Shown: piece after piece, positions 27,673 to 38,346 of the stretch
Numbering within the stretch: the stretch's first letter is position 1
Layout: each line of letters opens with the position of its first letter
Assembly (NCBI GenBank): GCA_016218825.1
Contig: JACRCV010000056.1
Span: forward strand, 160,416-224,415
Source of the DNA: Deltaproteobacteria bacterium
Lineage (GTDB): Bacteria > Myxococcota > XYA12-FULL-58-9
Direction of reading: 5' to 3'
Length of the DNA stretch: 64,000 nt
The notes under the pieces: model-generated
What the model saw: the letters and a program-made list of their open reading frames with translations, nothing else
Told to the model about the DNA's origin: nothing
Database searches by the model: none
Made by a program: the position numbers and the translations under genes

Positions 27673-28938
27673 TTACACTTGCTTCAACGCGTCGTCGAGC
27701 GCCTGGGTGAGATCGGCGATGTCTTCGATGCCGACCGACACCCGGATCAGGCCGTCGGTGATCCCGACCTTCTCGCGCTTCGCCTTCGGCACGCAGGCGT
27801 GGGTCATCGACGCCGGGTGCTGGATCAACGAATCGACGCAGCCGAGCGACACCGCGAGGGTGAAGACCTTGATGCGATCCATCAAGGTGCGCCCGGCCTC
27901 GACGCCGCCCTTGATGTCGAACGACACCATGCCGCCGAACTTGCCGCTCATCTGTCGCGCCGCGAGCTTGTGCTGCGGGCTCTCGGGGAGCCCGGGGTAG
28001 TAGACCCGCTCGACCTTCGGGTGCTTGACGAGGAAGCCGGCGATGGCCGCGGCGTTCTCGCAGTGGCGATCCATGCGCAGCGGCAGGGTCTTGATGCCGA
28101 GGTTCACGAGCCAGGCGTCGAAGGGGCTCGGGTTGCCGCCGGTGTCCTTGATCACCATGTAGGTCTTGTCTTTGAGCGCGTCGCTCACCGTCGTCATCGT
28201 CCCGCCGACGACGGTGCCGTGGCCGCAGAGATACTTGGTGGTCGAGTGGACGACGACGTCGGCGCCGAGCTCCAGCGGCCGCTGCAGGTACGGGGTCGCG
28301 AAGGTGTTGTCGACGATGACCTTCATCTCCGGGTTCGCGGCGTGCGCGAGCTTCGCGACCTCGGCGATGTCGGTCACCGCGAGCGTCGGGTTGGTCGGGG
28401 TCTCGAAGAGGATCGCCTTGGCCCGGGGGTTCTTCTGCACCGCGGCCCTGACCGCGTCGAGATCGGCGGTGTCGACCTCCACGGTCTTGATCCCGAGCTT
28501 GACGAGCACGTTCTGCGCCAGATGTTGGGTGGCGCCGTAGAGCACGTCGCCGAGTAGCAGCGTGTCGCCGCTCTCGCACAGCGCCAAGAGCGTGGCGCTG
28601 ATCGCCGCCATCCCCGACGAGAACGCCAAGGTCGAGACCCGGCCGCCGGGGTTCTTGAGCTTCACCTCTTTGCCCTCGAGCGCGTTCATCTTCGCCTCGA
28701 GCAAGAGCACCGTGGGGTTGCCGAGCCGGGTGTAGACGTACCCCGGACGCTCGCCGGCGAAGATCTCCGCCCCCTCGGCGGCGCTTTGGAACACGAAGGT
28801 CGAGCTTTGATAGATGGCCGCCGCGTGCGAGGTCGCTTCCGGCTGGCCGACGTGCTCGCCGGCGTGCAAGGCGCGCGTGGCGAAGCCGCAGTTCAAGAAG
28901 AACTTATCCAGGAAATCGGGGGATTTTGAGTCTTCCAC
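27673..28938 (-). CDS. megL: Methionine gamma-lyase / Cys-Met metabolism PLP enzyme
   Basis: [37 protein letters not shown] (PLP Lys), AVSLG, HPASMTH. Confidence 0.8.
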   Translation of the reverse strand: MEDSKSPDFLDKFFLNCGFATRALHAGEHVGQPEATSHAAAIYQSSTFVFQSAAEGAEIFAGERPGYVYTRLGNPTVLLLEAKMNALEGKEVKLKNPGGRVSTLAFSSGMAAISATLLALCESGDTLLLGDVLYGATQHLAQNVLVKLGIKTVEVDTADLDAVRAAVQKNPRAKAILFETPTNPTLAVTDIAEVAKLAHAANPEMKVIVDNTFATPYLQRPLELGADVVVHSTTKYLCGHGTVVGGTMTTVSDALKDKTYMVIKDTGGNPSPFDAWLVNLGIKTLPLRMDRHCENAAAIAGFLVKHPKVERVYYPGLPESPQHKLAARQMSGKFGGMVSFDIKGGVEAGRTLMDRIKVFTLAVSLGCVDSLIQHPASMTHACVPKAKREKVGITDGLIRVSVGIEDIADLTQALDDALKQV

Positions 28939-29140
28939 GGCCTTGATCCTTTTCGCGGTTGTCGCGACGCGAGCCGTCCTACCACAGCTGTGCCGCTCAG
29001 GTCACCTCGCCGCCGCGGGCGTGTAGACCGTTTTCGCCTTCATCTGATTCCCGCGCCGCCGATGCGGCGTCGCTCCCCACCCCCACCCCCCTGAATCCCC
29101 CGCCCCCGAGGGGGCCGGATCACGTCCACCTGAAGACGGT

Positions 29141-30430
29141 CTACAGGTCCTCGGGCACGCAAGGCAGGATGGTCCAGGTCAGGTCGCTCTTCTCCAGCCC
29201 GAAGATCACCGAGCGATCGAAGCCGTGGCCGTTCCAGGTCAGGCGCACGACCTCGTCCTGGTCGTCGGCCGCGACGTAGAGCTCCGGCTTGCCGTCGCCG
29301 TCCAGATCGGCCGCGCCCGCGGCGTTCTCGAACCCCGTGGCGCTGTCGTCGACCAGGAGCTTGTCCCAGCCCTTGCCCTTTGCGGCGGGCGGGCGGAGCC
29401 GCCAGACGCCGGCCTTCATCGTCGAGATCACGAGCTCGCGCTTGCCGCTCCCGGTCAGATCGGCGGCGAGAAGCACCCGCGCCTGGACCGCGCCGGGGAG
29501 GCTCGCGAGGGTCTTCGCCCGCCACTCGCCCTGTCGGCCGCGCTCCAGCTGCCGCACCTCGACCGGGCTCGCCTCTTCACCCTTGTCGCCGCGCACCGCC
29601 TCGACCGCGGCGTAGAGCTCGTCCTTGCCGTCGCCGTCCAGGTCCGTCGCCAGGATCTCTTTGGCGTGGCTCCGGCCGAGCTTCGCGACCACCTCGCGGC
29701 GGTAGGTCTTCCGGGCGGCGACGTAGTCGAAGCCGAGGATGTTGCCGCTCTGCGACGCCTCCGCCTTGTTGGGCTTCGAGGGCGTCACGAAGATCTCGAG
29801 GACGCCGTCGCCGTCCACGTCGCCGAGCTCGACCTCGTGGATGAAAGTGTCGGGCTCGCGGTAGATCTCGCGCGCCCGCCAACCGCTCCCGGCGCGCGCC
29901 AACACCGCCACCACCCCCTGGTCGTGGGTGCCGATCACGAGCTCGCGCTTGCCGTCGCCGTCGACGTCACCGATCTCGAAGTCGCGCAGGCGGTCCCACT
30001 TGCCGCCGAAAGTCGCCTGCCAGAGCGCGGTGCTGGTCCAGGCGCCGCCCTCGACCCGCCAGAGCTTGAGATAGGCGCCGGTGCCGCCGATGGTCAGCAA
30101 GCGGCTGGCGCCGGCGTCGGTCACGCAGACCGCCTTGTGCAACACTCGGCTGTCCTCGTCCTGCAGCACCTCCACCTTCCAGGTCGGGGTACCGGGCGCC
30201 AGCATCACCAGCTTCGCGGGACCGGGCTTGACCGAGCGCTTGCCGTCGGCGCCGTCCTCCCAGACGAACTGCGCCTGCGCCAACAGCAGGGTCTTCGGGC
30301 TCGGGAAGGTCGGCGCCGCCGGAGCCGGCGCGGCGCTCGGCTCCTTCACGAGTGGAGGCGGCGCGGGCGCCGGGGTGCAGGACGACGCGAACGACAGCGT
30401 CGCGACGAGAGCGGTGCACAGAGTTCGCAT
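29141..30430 (-). CDS. FG-GAP/VCBS-repeat lipoprotein
   Basis: Repeated D(V/L)DGDGxxE motifs (about 5); lipobox-like ASSC. Confidence 0.8.
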   Translation of the reverse strand: MRTLCTALVATLSFASSCTPAPAPPPLVKEPSAAPAPAAPTFPSPKTLLLAQAQFVWEDGADGKRSVKPGPAKLVMLAPGTPTWKVEVLQDEDSRVLHKAVCVTDAGASRLLTIGGTGAYLKLWRVEGGAWTSTALWQATFGGKWDRLRDFEIGDVDGDGKRELVIGTHDQGVVAVLARAGSGWRAREIYREPDTFIHEVELGDVDGDGVLEIFVTPSKPNKAEASQSGNILGFDYVAARKTYRREVVAKLGRSHAKEILATDLDGDGKDELYAAVEAVRGDKGEEASPVEVRQLERGRQGEWRAKTLASLPGAVQARVLLAADLTGSGKRELVISTMKAGVWRLRPPAAKGKGWDKLLVDDSATGFENAAGAADLDGDGKPELYVAADDQDEVVRLTWNGHGFDRSVIFGLEKSDLTWTILPCVPEDL

Positions 30431-30570
30431 GGGCGTCAGTCTCCTGGGGCGGCAGTTATCGCCGGCCCCGACGCAGGGTCAAGCGTCTCCTCGGCCGCCC
30501 GCCGGCGCGGGTTCACGGTCCGGTGACTTGGCGCGGCCGCCGAGATATAGCAGCGCCGGCCGGACGCTGC

Positions 30571-32304
30571 ATGCACAGACCCCACCTCATCCTCGTCGTC
30601 GCCCTGGGCTCCGGTCTGACGACCTGCCGCTCGCCCGCCCCGGTCGACCGGCCGCCGGACCCGACGTTGGGCCGCACCTGGCAAGACGAGGTCATCTACC
30701 AGCTCCTCACCGACCGGTTCGCGAACGGCGACTCGACCAACGACGCCGGCGCCGAGCCGAGCTGCGGCGGCTGCTATCACGGCGGCGACTGGCGCGGCGT
30801 CGCTTCCCGCCTCGACTACCTGCAGACCCTGGGGGTCACCGCGATCTGGATCTCGCCGGTGGTCGCGAACATCGACACCCCGAGCCGCGGCCAGGCGTAC
30901 CACGGCTACTGGCCGCTGGCCCTCGACCGCGTCAACGAGCGCTTCGGCACCCTCGACGATCTGCAGGCGCTGGTCGCCGCGGCCCACGCCCGCGGCATCA
31001 AGGTCATCGCCGACGTGGTCTTGAACCACCTCGGCCCGGTGGCGTTCTACGACCTCAACGGCAACGGCGTCCTCGACGAGACCGGCGGCGCCGGCGACCC
31101 CGCCAACGAGCTCTCGCCGCCCTTCGACCCCCAAGGGGTCAAGGACCAGCAAGGCACCCTCGCCGCGCCCTTCCTGTTCTTTCCCGCGGCCACCACCACG
31201 ACCGCCGGGATCTCGCCCGCGGTGTTGCGGGCGCCGGCCGCGTTTCACCGCCGCGGGCTGATCCTGGACTACAACGAGCCGGCGCAGTCGCTGACCGGCG
31301 ACTTCAGGGGCGGGCTGCGCGACCTCGACACCTCGGACCCTGCGGTCGAGGAGGCGCTCGTCGACCTGACCCTCGCCTGGGACGAGCTGGTCGGCTTCGA
31401 CGGCTATCGCTACGACGCCGCCAAGCACGTCGAAGACGCGTTCTGGCGCGTCCTGCTCCCGGCGCTCAGGGACCGCCGCGGTCCGCCGCCGGACGCCGGC
31501 GACGGCCTGTTGCAGTTCCCCGAGGTCCTGGACGGCCGCCCCGACTACTTGGCGACCTTCACGAGGCCCGAGATGTTCGACACCGTGCTCGACTTCGCGT
31601 CCAAGTTTCGGGTCTTCGACGAGGTGTTCAAGCACGGCGGGCCGGCGAGCGCCGTCCTCGCCACCTGGAGAGAGACCACGGCGGCGTTTCCGAGCGAGCC
31701 GCAGATCGCGGGGATAAGCACCGCACCGGCGGCGACGCTGCTCCGTTTCCTCGACAACCACGACCTGCCCCGCTTCCTCTCCGAGAACCCGAGCATCGAG
31801 GCGCTGCACGCGGCGCTCGCCTACCTCGTCCTCGGTGACGGCGTCCCGGTGATCTACTACGGCACCGAGCAGGCGTTCGCGGGCGGCACCGATCCCGGCA
31901 ACCGCGAGGACTTGAGCCGGTCCGGCTACGCCACCGACGGCGCGACCTTCCGCTTCCTGCAGACCCTCATCGGCCTGCGCCGCACCTACGTCGCGTTGCG
32001 CCGCGGCGACACCCGCTTCGTCTGGGCCTCCGAGCACACCGGCAACGAGACCGACGCCGGCGTCCTCGCCTTCGAGCGGGTCGCGGGCGGCGAGCGCCTG
32101 CTGGTCGTGATCAACACCCACGCCACGAAGACGAGCGACACCACCTACCTCGGCGAGACGCTGCAGGTCGGCTTCGCGCCGGGCACCGTGCTCGTCGATC
32201 TCTTGGCCGGCGACCACACGAGGTACGTGGTGGCGGCCGACGGCGGCCTCCGCCTCTCGGTGCCACCGCACGGCGCGCGGCTCCTCGCGCCGGTGTCACC
32301 GTGA
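30571..32304 (+). CDS. GH13 alpha-amylase family glycoside hydrolase (probable lipoprotein)
   Basis: IYQLLTDRFANGD, YHGGDWRG, YHGYW, DVVLNH, GYRYDAAKH, FPEV, FLDNHD, YYGTEQ. Confidence 0.92.
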   Translation: MHRPHLILVVALGSGLTTCRSPAPVDRPPDPTLGRTWQDEVIYQLLTDRFANGDSTNDAGAEPSCGGCYHGGDWRGVASRLDYLQTLGVTAIWISPVVANIDTPSRGQAYHGYWPLALDRVNERFGTLDDLQALVAAAHARGIKVIADVVLNHLGPVAFYDLNGNGVLDETGGAGDPANELSPPFDPQGVKDQQGTLAAPFLFFPAATTTTAGISPAVLRAPAAFHRRGLILDYNEPAQSLTGDFRGGLRDLDTSDPAVEEALVDLTLAWDELVGFDGYRYDAAKHVEDAFWRVLLPALRDRRGPPPDAGDGLLQFPEVLDGRPDYLATFTRPEMFDTVLDFASKFRVFDEVFKHGGPASAVLATWRETTAAFPSEPQIAGISTAPAATLLRFLDNHDLPRFLSENPSIEALHAALAYLVLGDGVPVIYYGTEQAFAGGTDPGNREDLSRSGYATDGATFRFLQTLIGLRRTYVALRRGDTRFVWASEHTGNETDAGVLAFERVAGGERLLVVINTHATKTSDTTYLGETLQVGFAPGTVLVDLLAGDHTRYVVAADGGLRLSVPPHGARLLAPVSP

Positions 32305-32348
32305 GCGAGCCCGCGGCCGCGCGGGAATCAAGTGAGGCCGAGGGCGTT

Positions 32349-33818
32349 CTACTCGCCGGTCGCGGCCTCGACGCTGCCCCGATCGGCGTCCATGTCGTGC
32401 GGCAAGCTGCCGCGCGGCGCGCGCAAGTACGCGAACGGCGTGCAGGCGCCGAGGTTCGAGACTCGCGAGGTGTAGATGTCGGCGTAGCGCTCGATCTGGC
32501 GCGCCAGCAGGCTCTTGTCGTTGCCGGCGCGCATCAAGAGCCCCCAGCGCGGATTGGCCAGCTCGCTCGCGCGGCGCGCCAGCGGCGCGATCTTGTCGTC
32601 CATCTCCGAGAGCTCGGCCCGGAGCGCCTGCAGCTCCTCTTTGAGGGCCGCCGCTGACGCCTCGGAGACGCCGTCATAGCCGCCCTCGCGCCGCAGCAGC
32701 TCCAAACGCAGCCGGGTGTAGCGGCGCTCGATCGCCTCCTTGTCGTGCATCAGACCATCCAGGGCCCGCTGCTCGCCCTGAAACGCCGCGAGCGCCGCGA
32801 CCTCGTCCTCGATCTCGCGGACCACGAGCGCGGTGCGCCAGCGCAGCAGGCTCTTCGACACGTGGACGTCGGAGAAGATGTGATCGCCGACGTACAAGAT
32901 CTCGGCGCCGGACAGCCCGAGGTGCTTCTCGACCGTCGCGGCGTCGCCGCCCCAGTAGACCCCGCCCGCCGCGAGCCCGCCGGCGGCCGGCCGCAACAGC
33001 CCCTCGGGGCTGACGACCTCGAAGAGCGGATTCGGCTGGCTGAAGAACTCCGGCTTGCGCGCCGACACGATCACCATGTCGAACAACGTCCGCCAGCCGC
33101 GGCTCGCGTCGGGCGCAGCGCCGAAGACCAACCCCATCATCGCCTGGGTGTAGGCCCAGTCGGAGTTGGTGATCAGCAGCACCTTCTTGCCGGCGGCCCG
33201 CAGGTCTTTGAGCGTCAGTGCCAGCGCCGGATCCGCCTCGACGAAGGTCGCCGGCGCCGCGATGATCTCGGCCTTCAGCTCGCCCTCGGCGTGGACCGCG
33301 TCGAGGCTGCGGCGGACTTTGTCGTACAGGCCGCCGTAGCCCATGATCCCGGGCAGGCGGCGGGCGTCGAAGAGATCGACCGTCTGCGCGTACAAGCAGG
33401 CCTCGGACAGCGCGAACAGCGTGCTCATCAAGCGGAATCGAGGCTCGGCGAGATCGACCAAGACCCCGGCGTACACCTGGCGCTGCTCCTCGAACGACAA
33501 CATCCGCGTGCCGTGCATCGCGCGCTTCACGTAGCCGAAGCGATCCGCCTTCACCAGGTTGCCGCTCTCGGTGTCGAACACCAGCCCCAAGGTCGCGAGC
33601 TCCGGATCGAACACCGCGTCGGCGAGCGGCCAGCCGAGCGCCAAGAGCCGCTGTCGGGCATGCTCGTAGGCCCGCTCTTCCCACGCCTCGGTGCGGTAGT
33701 GCACCAGGGTGTAGTCCATGTCGAACCCGACGGCGCGGATGGCGCGCAGGTTCAGGGTGCGGTTGCAGAACACGCGCCGCCCCGGCACGGGGCGGTCGCT
33801 CTCCTCATGGTTCGTCAT
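32349..33818 (-). CDS. HAD-IG family 5'-nucleotidase (cN-II type)
   Basis: GFDMDYTL, LITNS, ARKPEFF, YVGDHIFSDV, YADIYTSRV; ATG 33818 after GGAGG. Confidence 0.92.
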   Translation of the reverse strand: MTNHEESDRPVPGRRVFCNRTLNLRAIRAVGFDMDYTLVHYRTEAWEERAYEHARQRLLALGWPLADAVFDPELATLGLVFDTESGNLVKADRFGYVKRAMHGTRMLSFEEQRQVYAGVLVDLAEPRFRLMSTLFALSEACLYAQTVDLFDARRLPGIMGYGGLYDKVRRSLDAVHAEGELKAEIIAAPATFVEADPALALTLKDLRAAGKKVLLITNSDWAYTQAMMGLVFGAAPDASRGWRTLFDMVIVSARKPEFFSQPNPLFEVVSPEGLLRPAAGGLAAGGVYWGGDAATVEKHLGLSGAEILYVGDHIFSDVHVSKSLLRWRTALVVREIEDEVAALAAFQGEQRALDGLMHDKEAIERRYTRLRLELLRREGGYDGVSEASAAALKEELQALRAELSEMDDKIAPLARRASELANPRWGLLMRAGNDKSLLARQIERYADIYTSRVSNLGACTPFAYLRAPRGSLPHDMDADRGSVEAATGE

Positions 33819-34022
33819 CGGGCCTCCGGACATGCCACATCGATCCGAACGTTGCCGGTGCCATCCGCTCCCGCCTGCCATCCGGGCCGGTCGCGGTCAA
33901 GGAGATAAGGGCCGTTCACGACCGAGACCCAGGGCGATTGCCCTGGACCGAGCCCCGGCCCGCCTTGCGGGAGCCGGGGACCTCTGTTATCGCCCCCCCG
34001 AACTGGAGCGGTGGACCTTGGG

Positions 34023-34490
34023 ATGAGCACCATTCGGCCCGCGCTGTTGGCAGACCTGCCGCTGTTGGCGGCGCGCCTGTCGCCGTTGCCACTCTTCACG
34101 CGCTACGGTCACACCGCGACCCGGCTCGAGCAGCTCCTCGGCGGCGCGCTCGGCCGCGGTGAGCAGTTGCTGGTCATCGACGCCGACGGCCCGCGGGGTA
34201 TGGCGTGGTTCCTGACGAGCGGCACCCTGGGCATCGGCGGCTATTTGCGGCTGATCGCGGTCGACCCGACCTTCCAGAACCGCGGCACCGGGGCGGCGCT
34301 GCTCGCCGCCTTCGAGACCCACACCTTCGCAAAGAGCGCGCACGCCTTCCTCTTGGTCAGCGACTTCAACGACGGCGCCCAGCGCTTCTACGAACGGCAC
34401 GGCTACGTCCGCGTCGGCGCCCTTGCCGGCCTCGTATTGCCGGAGGTCAACGAGCTGTTGTACTGGAAGCGCCGCCCGCCGGCCTCTTGA
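34023..34490 (+). CDS. GNAT N-acetyltransferase
   Basis: IAVDPTFQNRGTG acetyl-CoA loop; NDGAQRFYERHGY. Confidence 0.88.
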   Translation: MSTIRPALLADLPLLAARLSPLPLFTRYGHTATRLEQLLGGALGRGEQLLVIDADGPRGMAWFLTSGTLGIGGYLRLIAVDPTFQNRGTGAALLAAFETHTFAKSAHAFLLVSDFNDGAQRFYERHGYVRVGALAGLVLPEVNELLYWKRRPPAS

Positions 34491-34512
34491 GCCCCCGAGC
34501 CGTCAGCTGCAG

Positions 34513-35907
34513 ATGAACACACAGGCGTCAGGGTCGCAGGCTGCCGGTTTGCCGCCGCCCGCGGCGCGGGCCTTCGCACCCCGAGCTCTGCGCCTGCGCC
34601 GCAACCTCGCCTACAGCATGGCCGACGCGTTCGCCTTCAGCTTCATGGTCGGCGGCGGCGAGGTGTATCTCCCGGCCTTCGCGCTGGCGCTGCAGATGGG
34701 AGAGACGGTCGCCGGGCTGCTCGCGGCGCTGCCGCTGTTGGTCGGGGCGCTCTTGCAGCTCGTGTCGCCGTTCGCGGTGCGAACCCTCGGCTCCTACAAG
34801 CATTGGGTGATCCTGTGCGCGTCGATCCAGGCGTGCGTCTTCGTGCCGCTCGTGGCCGCGGCCGTCCGCGGCTCGCTCTCGGTCGCCGCGGTCTTCTTGT
34901 TGGTCGCGACCTATTGGGGCGCGGCGCTCGCCACCGGCCCGGCGTGGAACACCTGGATCGAGCAGCTGGTGCCACGACCGATCCGCGCCCATTACTTCGC
35001 GCGCCGCAACCGGCTGGGGCAGATGGGGCTGCTCGCCGGCATCGTCGGCGGCGGCGCGCTGCTGCAGCTCGGCAGGGGCGCGCGTCGCGAGCTCGCGGCG
35101 TTCGCGGTGCTGTTCGCGGCCGCCGGCGTCTCGCGCCTGGCCTCGGTGCTCTTTCTCACTCGACAGCATGAAGAGCGCCGGTCGATCCGCGCCGACCGTC
35201 AGCTGTCGCTGTGGGTCTGGGCCAGGCGGCTCAAGAGCAGCAGCGACGGCCGACTGCTCGTCTACCTGCTCGCGATGCAGACCGCGGTGTACGTCGCCGG
35301 GCCCTACTTTACCCCCTACATGCTGCACCAACTGAGCTTCTCGTATGTCACCTACATGGGGCTGTTGTCGGTCTCTCTCGTCACCAAGATCCTCTGCCTG
35401 CCGGCGATCGGGCTGTTGGGCCGCCGGATCGGCGCGCATCGGCTCCTGTGGTTGGGCGGCGCCGGCATCGTACCGATGTCAGCCACCTGGTTGGTCTCAG
35501 ACAACCTGGTCTACCTGTCGCTGATCCAGGTCGCCTCCGGCGTAACCTGGGCGGCCTACGAGCTGGCGACGGTGTTGATCTTCTTCGAGACCATCCGCGC
35601 CGACGAGCGGGTGAGCATGCTGACCTTCTTCAACCTGGCGAACGCCGCGGCGCTCGTGGTCGGCTCCGCGATCGGCGGTCTGCTCCTCCACGGCCTCGGC
35701 GAGACCCGCGTCGCCTACGGCGTGCTCTTCGCGCTGTCGTGCCTGCTGCGCGGCGCGAGCCTGCTCTTGCTCCCCAAGGCCGACAAGATCCGGGCGGCGC
35801 AGGTCCCGATCGACGTCACGACGTTGACCGTGCGGGCCGACGTCGGCGGCATCGCGCGCCCGATGCTGCCCGGCCTGAGAGACACGCCCGACCGAGAGCG
35901 CGGCTAG
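34513..35907 (+). CDS. MFS transporter
   Basis: About 12 hydrophobic segments; W...LVP..IRAHYFARRN loop. Confidence 0.8.
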   Translation: MNTQASGSQAAGLPPPAARAFAPRALRLRRNLAYSMADAFAFSFMVGGGEVYLPAFALALQMGETVAGLLAALPLLVGALLQLVSPFAVRTLGSYKHWVILCASIQACVFVPLVAAAVRGSLSVAAVFLLVATYWGAALATGPAWNTWIEQLVPRPIRAHYFARRNRLGQMGLLAGIVGGGALLQLGRGARRELAAFAVLFAAAGVSRLASVLFLTRQHEERRSIRADRQLSLWVWARRLKSSSDGRLLVYLLAMQTAVYVAGPYFTPYMLHQLSFSYVTYMGLLSVSLVTKILCLPAIGLLGRRIGAHRLLWLGGAGIVPMSATWLVSDNLVYLSLIQVASGVTWAAYELATVLIFFETIRADERVSMLTFFNLANAAALVVGSAIGGLLLHGLGETRVAYGVLFALSCLLRGASLLLLPKADKIRAAQVPIDVTTLTVRADVGGIARPMLPGLRDTPDRERG

Positions 35908-36082
35908 CGTCGCACCCACACCGCCCCACACCGAGAGGATCTTTGCCACCGCGCCGTCTTTGTTGCGGCGCCCTGCGCCGCCGAGGGTTACACTGTGAGT
36001 GGGTTCCGCCAGCGCTTGGTTCTAGCGGCCCTGTTGGAAGTACGGGCGACAGGGCGGACCGCAACAGCGAGGCGCGAGCTCC

Positions 36083-36778
36083 ATGTCTTCAGTCGACCGT
36101 TTCGTGATTGGCGTCGAGTCCACCGACGTCGCCGGGCAGATCCACACCGTCGGCATCAAACCGCGGCTGCGCGGCGTCCCCGACGTCTTCGCGACCATGC
36201 TCGCGGTGCCGGCGGCGGCGCTGCTCATCGCCCATGCGGCCGACGGCGTGGCGCGCACCGCCAGCGTCATCTACGGCGTCGCCCTGGTGCTGTTGTTCGC
36301 GGTGAGCGCGACCTACCACACCCCCACCTGGCCGATCCGCGTCCGCAATATCCTGCGGCAGCTGGATCACTCGACGATCTACGTGCTGATCGCGGCATCC
36401 TATACCCCGCCCTGCCTGCTCGCGCTCCCGCGTCACGAGGGCCTGGCGCTGCTCACCGTCGTCTGGATCACCGCGGCGGCGGGCTTCATCAAGTCGGCGG
36501 TGTGGCGCAAGGCGCCGCGCTGGCTGAACGCCGGCGTCTACGTGCTCATGGGCTGGGCGGTGTCGCCGTTCGTGGTCGAGCTCTACCACGGCCTGGGGTT
36601 CTTGGGGGCGCTGCTGCTCCTCGGCGGCGGCGTCATCTACACGGTCGGCGCCGTCATCTACTCCCGGCGCTGGCCGAACCCCTACCCCACCGTCTTCGGC
36701 TACCACGAGCTGTTCCACGTGTTCGTGGTCGCCGCAGCGGCCACCCAGTACGTGGCGATGTGGAACTTGGTCGGTTGA
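36083..36778 (+). CDS. Hemolysin III / PAQR family membrane protein
   Basis: SATYH, LDHSTIYVLIAASYTP, YVLMGW, FGYHELFHVFV. Confidence 0.9.
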   Translation: MSSVDRFVIGVESTDVAGQIHTVGIKPRLRGVPDVFATMLAVPAAALLIAHAADGVARTASVIYGVALVLLFAVSATYHTPTWPIRVRNILRQLDHSTIYVLIAASYTPPCLLALPRHEGLALLTVVWITAAAGFIKSAVWRKAPRWLNAGVYVLMGWAVSPFVVELYHGLGFLGALLLLGGGVIYTVGAVIYSRRWPNPYPTVFGYHELFHVFVVAAAATQYVAMWNLVG

Positions 36779-36787
36779 CCACGGCCG

Positions 36788-38233
36788 TCAGGCGCCGAGC
36801 GACCGGGGCTCGGCGTGCACCGCGACCCGGGTGAGCTCCGGCACCGCGGCGCGCAACGCCGCCTCCAGCCGGTCGGTGATCGCGTGCGCCTCGTCCATCG
36901 GGGTCTCGGCGGCGAGGAAGCAGTGACACGAGAGGTAGATGCCGGTCGCGGTGCGCGCGAACATCAGGTCATGGACCGCCGCGTCACCGACGACCCTGCG
37001 AGACACCGCCTCCACCTTGGAGGCCAGCGCCGCGCGCGTCCCGGCGTCGATCTCCCCCGAGACCTCCGCCTCGTCTTGGGCGAGCTCGAGGTGAATGTCG
37101 ACGCGGGAGAGCTCGGGCACGTCCCGGCGTACGCGCCTCTCGATCCGATCGGCGATCGCGTGACCTTCGCCGAGCGCCATCCGCCGCGGCAGCTCGATGT
37201 GCAGGTCGGCGTGACCCGCCGGCCCGTCTCTGCGCGCCGTGATGTCGTGCGCCTGGATGCCCTCGGAGGCGACGGCGATCGCGATGCGGTCGTGCAACGA
37301 CAACGAGCCCTCGACCTCGGCGTTCAACTGCACGGTGATGTGCGCCGCGCCGCCGAGCACCTCGCCGATCCGTCGCCGCACCTCCGCCGCCAGCCGCTCG
37401 CCCTCGGCCACCGGCAGGTTCCGCTGCATGCCGACCTCGACCTCCGCGAAGTATTGGTCGCCCGCCTGCCGCAGGCGAAGCTCCGGCGCCCCGGCGACGC
37501 CCGGCAGACCGGCGAGCGCGGCGCGGATCGCATCGAGCTTTCCGGCCGGGGCGCGATCGAGGAGCATGTCGGCGGCCCGCCTCCCGAGGTTCCACGACAG
37601 CACCAGGACGATGAGCGCCACGATGCTCGCCGCGATCGGATCGGCGAGCGTCAGCCACGCGACCCCGGACGTCCGGGCGACGACCACACCCACGAGCCCG
37701 ACGATGACGACGGCCGACGACGCGATGTCGGTCGAGAAATGCAGCGCGTCGGCCTCGAGCGCCTGGCTGTTGCTCATCCGCGCCACCCGCGCCAGATCGC
37801 GGGAGCGCACCAGATCGATCACGATCGAGGCGCCCATCACCGCGAAGGCGTACCCGCTCGGCTCCACCTCCGGGCCCTGGCCCATGAAGCGCTTGCCCGC
37901 CTCGTAGAGGATCCACACCGAGGTCGCGGCGAGCAGCAAGCTCTCGACGAGCGCCGAGAGGTTCTCGATCTTGCCGTGACCGTACTGATGCTCGGCGTCG
38001 GGCGGCCGCCACGAGCTCCGGACCGCGAACAAGGTGACCGCGGCCGCGCCAAAATCGAGCGCCGAGTGCGCCGCCTCGGCCAGCAGACCCAACGACCCGG
38101 TCGCGAGGCCGGCGATGAGCTTGATCGTCGTCAGGAAACCACCGGCGAGAACGCTCGCCAGCGCGGCGCGGATCTTCTCGCGGATGAGAAGCCGCCGCTC
38201 CCCGTCGATCGTCGGAACCGTGGTGTTCGACAC
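36788..38233 (-). CDS. Cation diffusion facilitator transporter with extended C-terminus
   Basis: AEAAHSALD, HQYGHGKIE, LEADALHFSTD, ADP; three C-terminal dimerisation-like domains. Confidence 0.88.
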   Translation of the reverse strand: MSNTTVPTIDGERRLLIREKIRAALASVLAGGFLTTIKLIAGLATGSLGLLAEAAHSALDFGAAAVTLFAVRSSWRPPDAEHQYGHGKIENLSALVESLLLAATSVWILYEAGKRFMGQGPEVEPSGYAFAVMGASIVIDLVRSRDLARVARMSNSQALEADALHFSTDIASSAVVIVGLVGVVVARTSGVAWLTLADPIAASIVALIVLVLSWNLGRRAADMLLDRAPAGKLDAIRAALAGLPGVAGAPELRLRQAGDQYFAEVEVGMQRNLPVAEGERLAAEVRRRIGEVLGGAAHITVQLNAEVEGSLSLHDRIAIAVASEGIQAHDITARRDGPAGHADLHIELPRRMALGEGHAIADRIERRVRRDVPELSRVDIHLELAQDEAEVSGEIDAGTRAALASKVEAVSRRVVGDAAVHDLMFARTATGIYLSCHCFLAAETPMDEAHAITDRLEAALRAAVPELTRVAVHAEPRSLGA

Positions 38234-38346
38234 AGGGCCCCCGCTCTCGTTGTCCGGCCGTTGTACCAGAGCGCGGAGCCGAGGCAAGTCAGGCCCCCCC
38301 TGCGCGAGAATTGTTCTCGCCAGACCGTGCGTGATAGGTATTGCAG

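Noticed and set aside
28939-29140. Possible SAM or other riboswitch upstream of megL
   Set aside because: No recognisable aptamer consensus seen; an Rfam scan would be needed.
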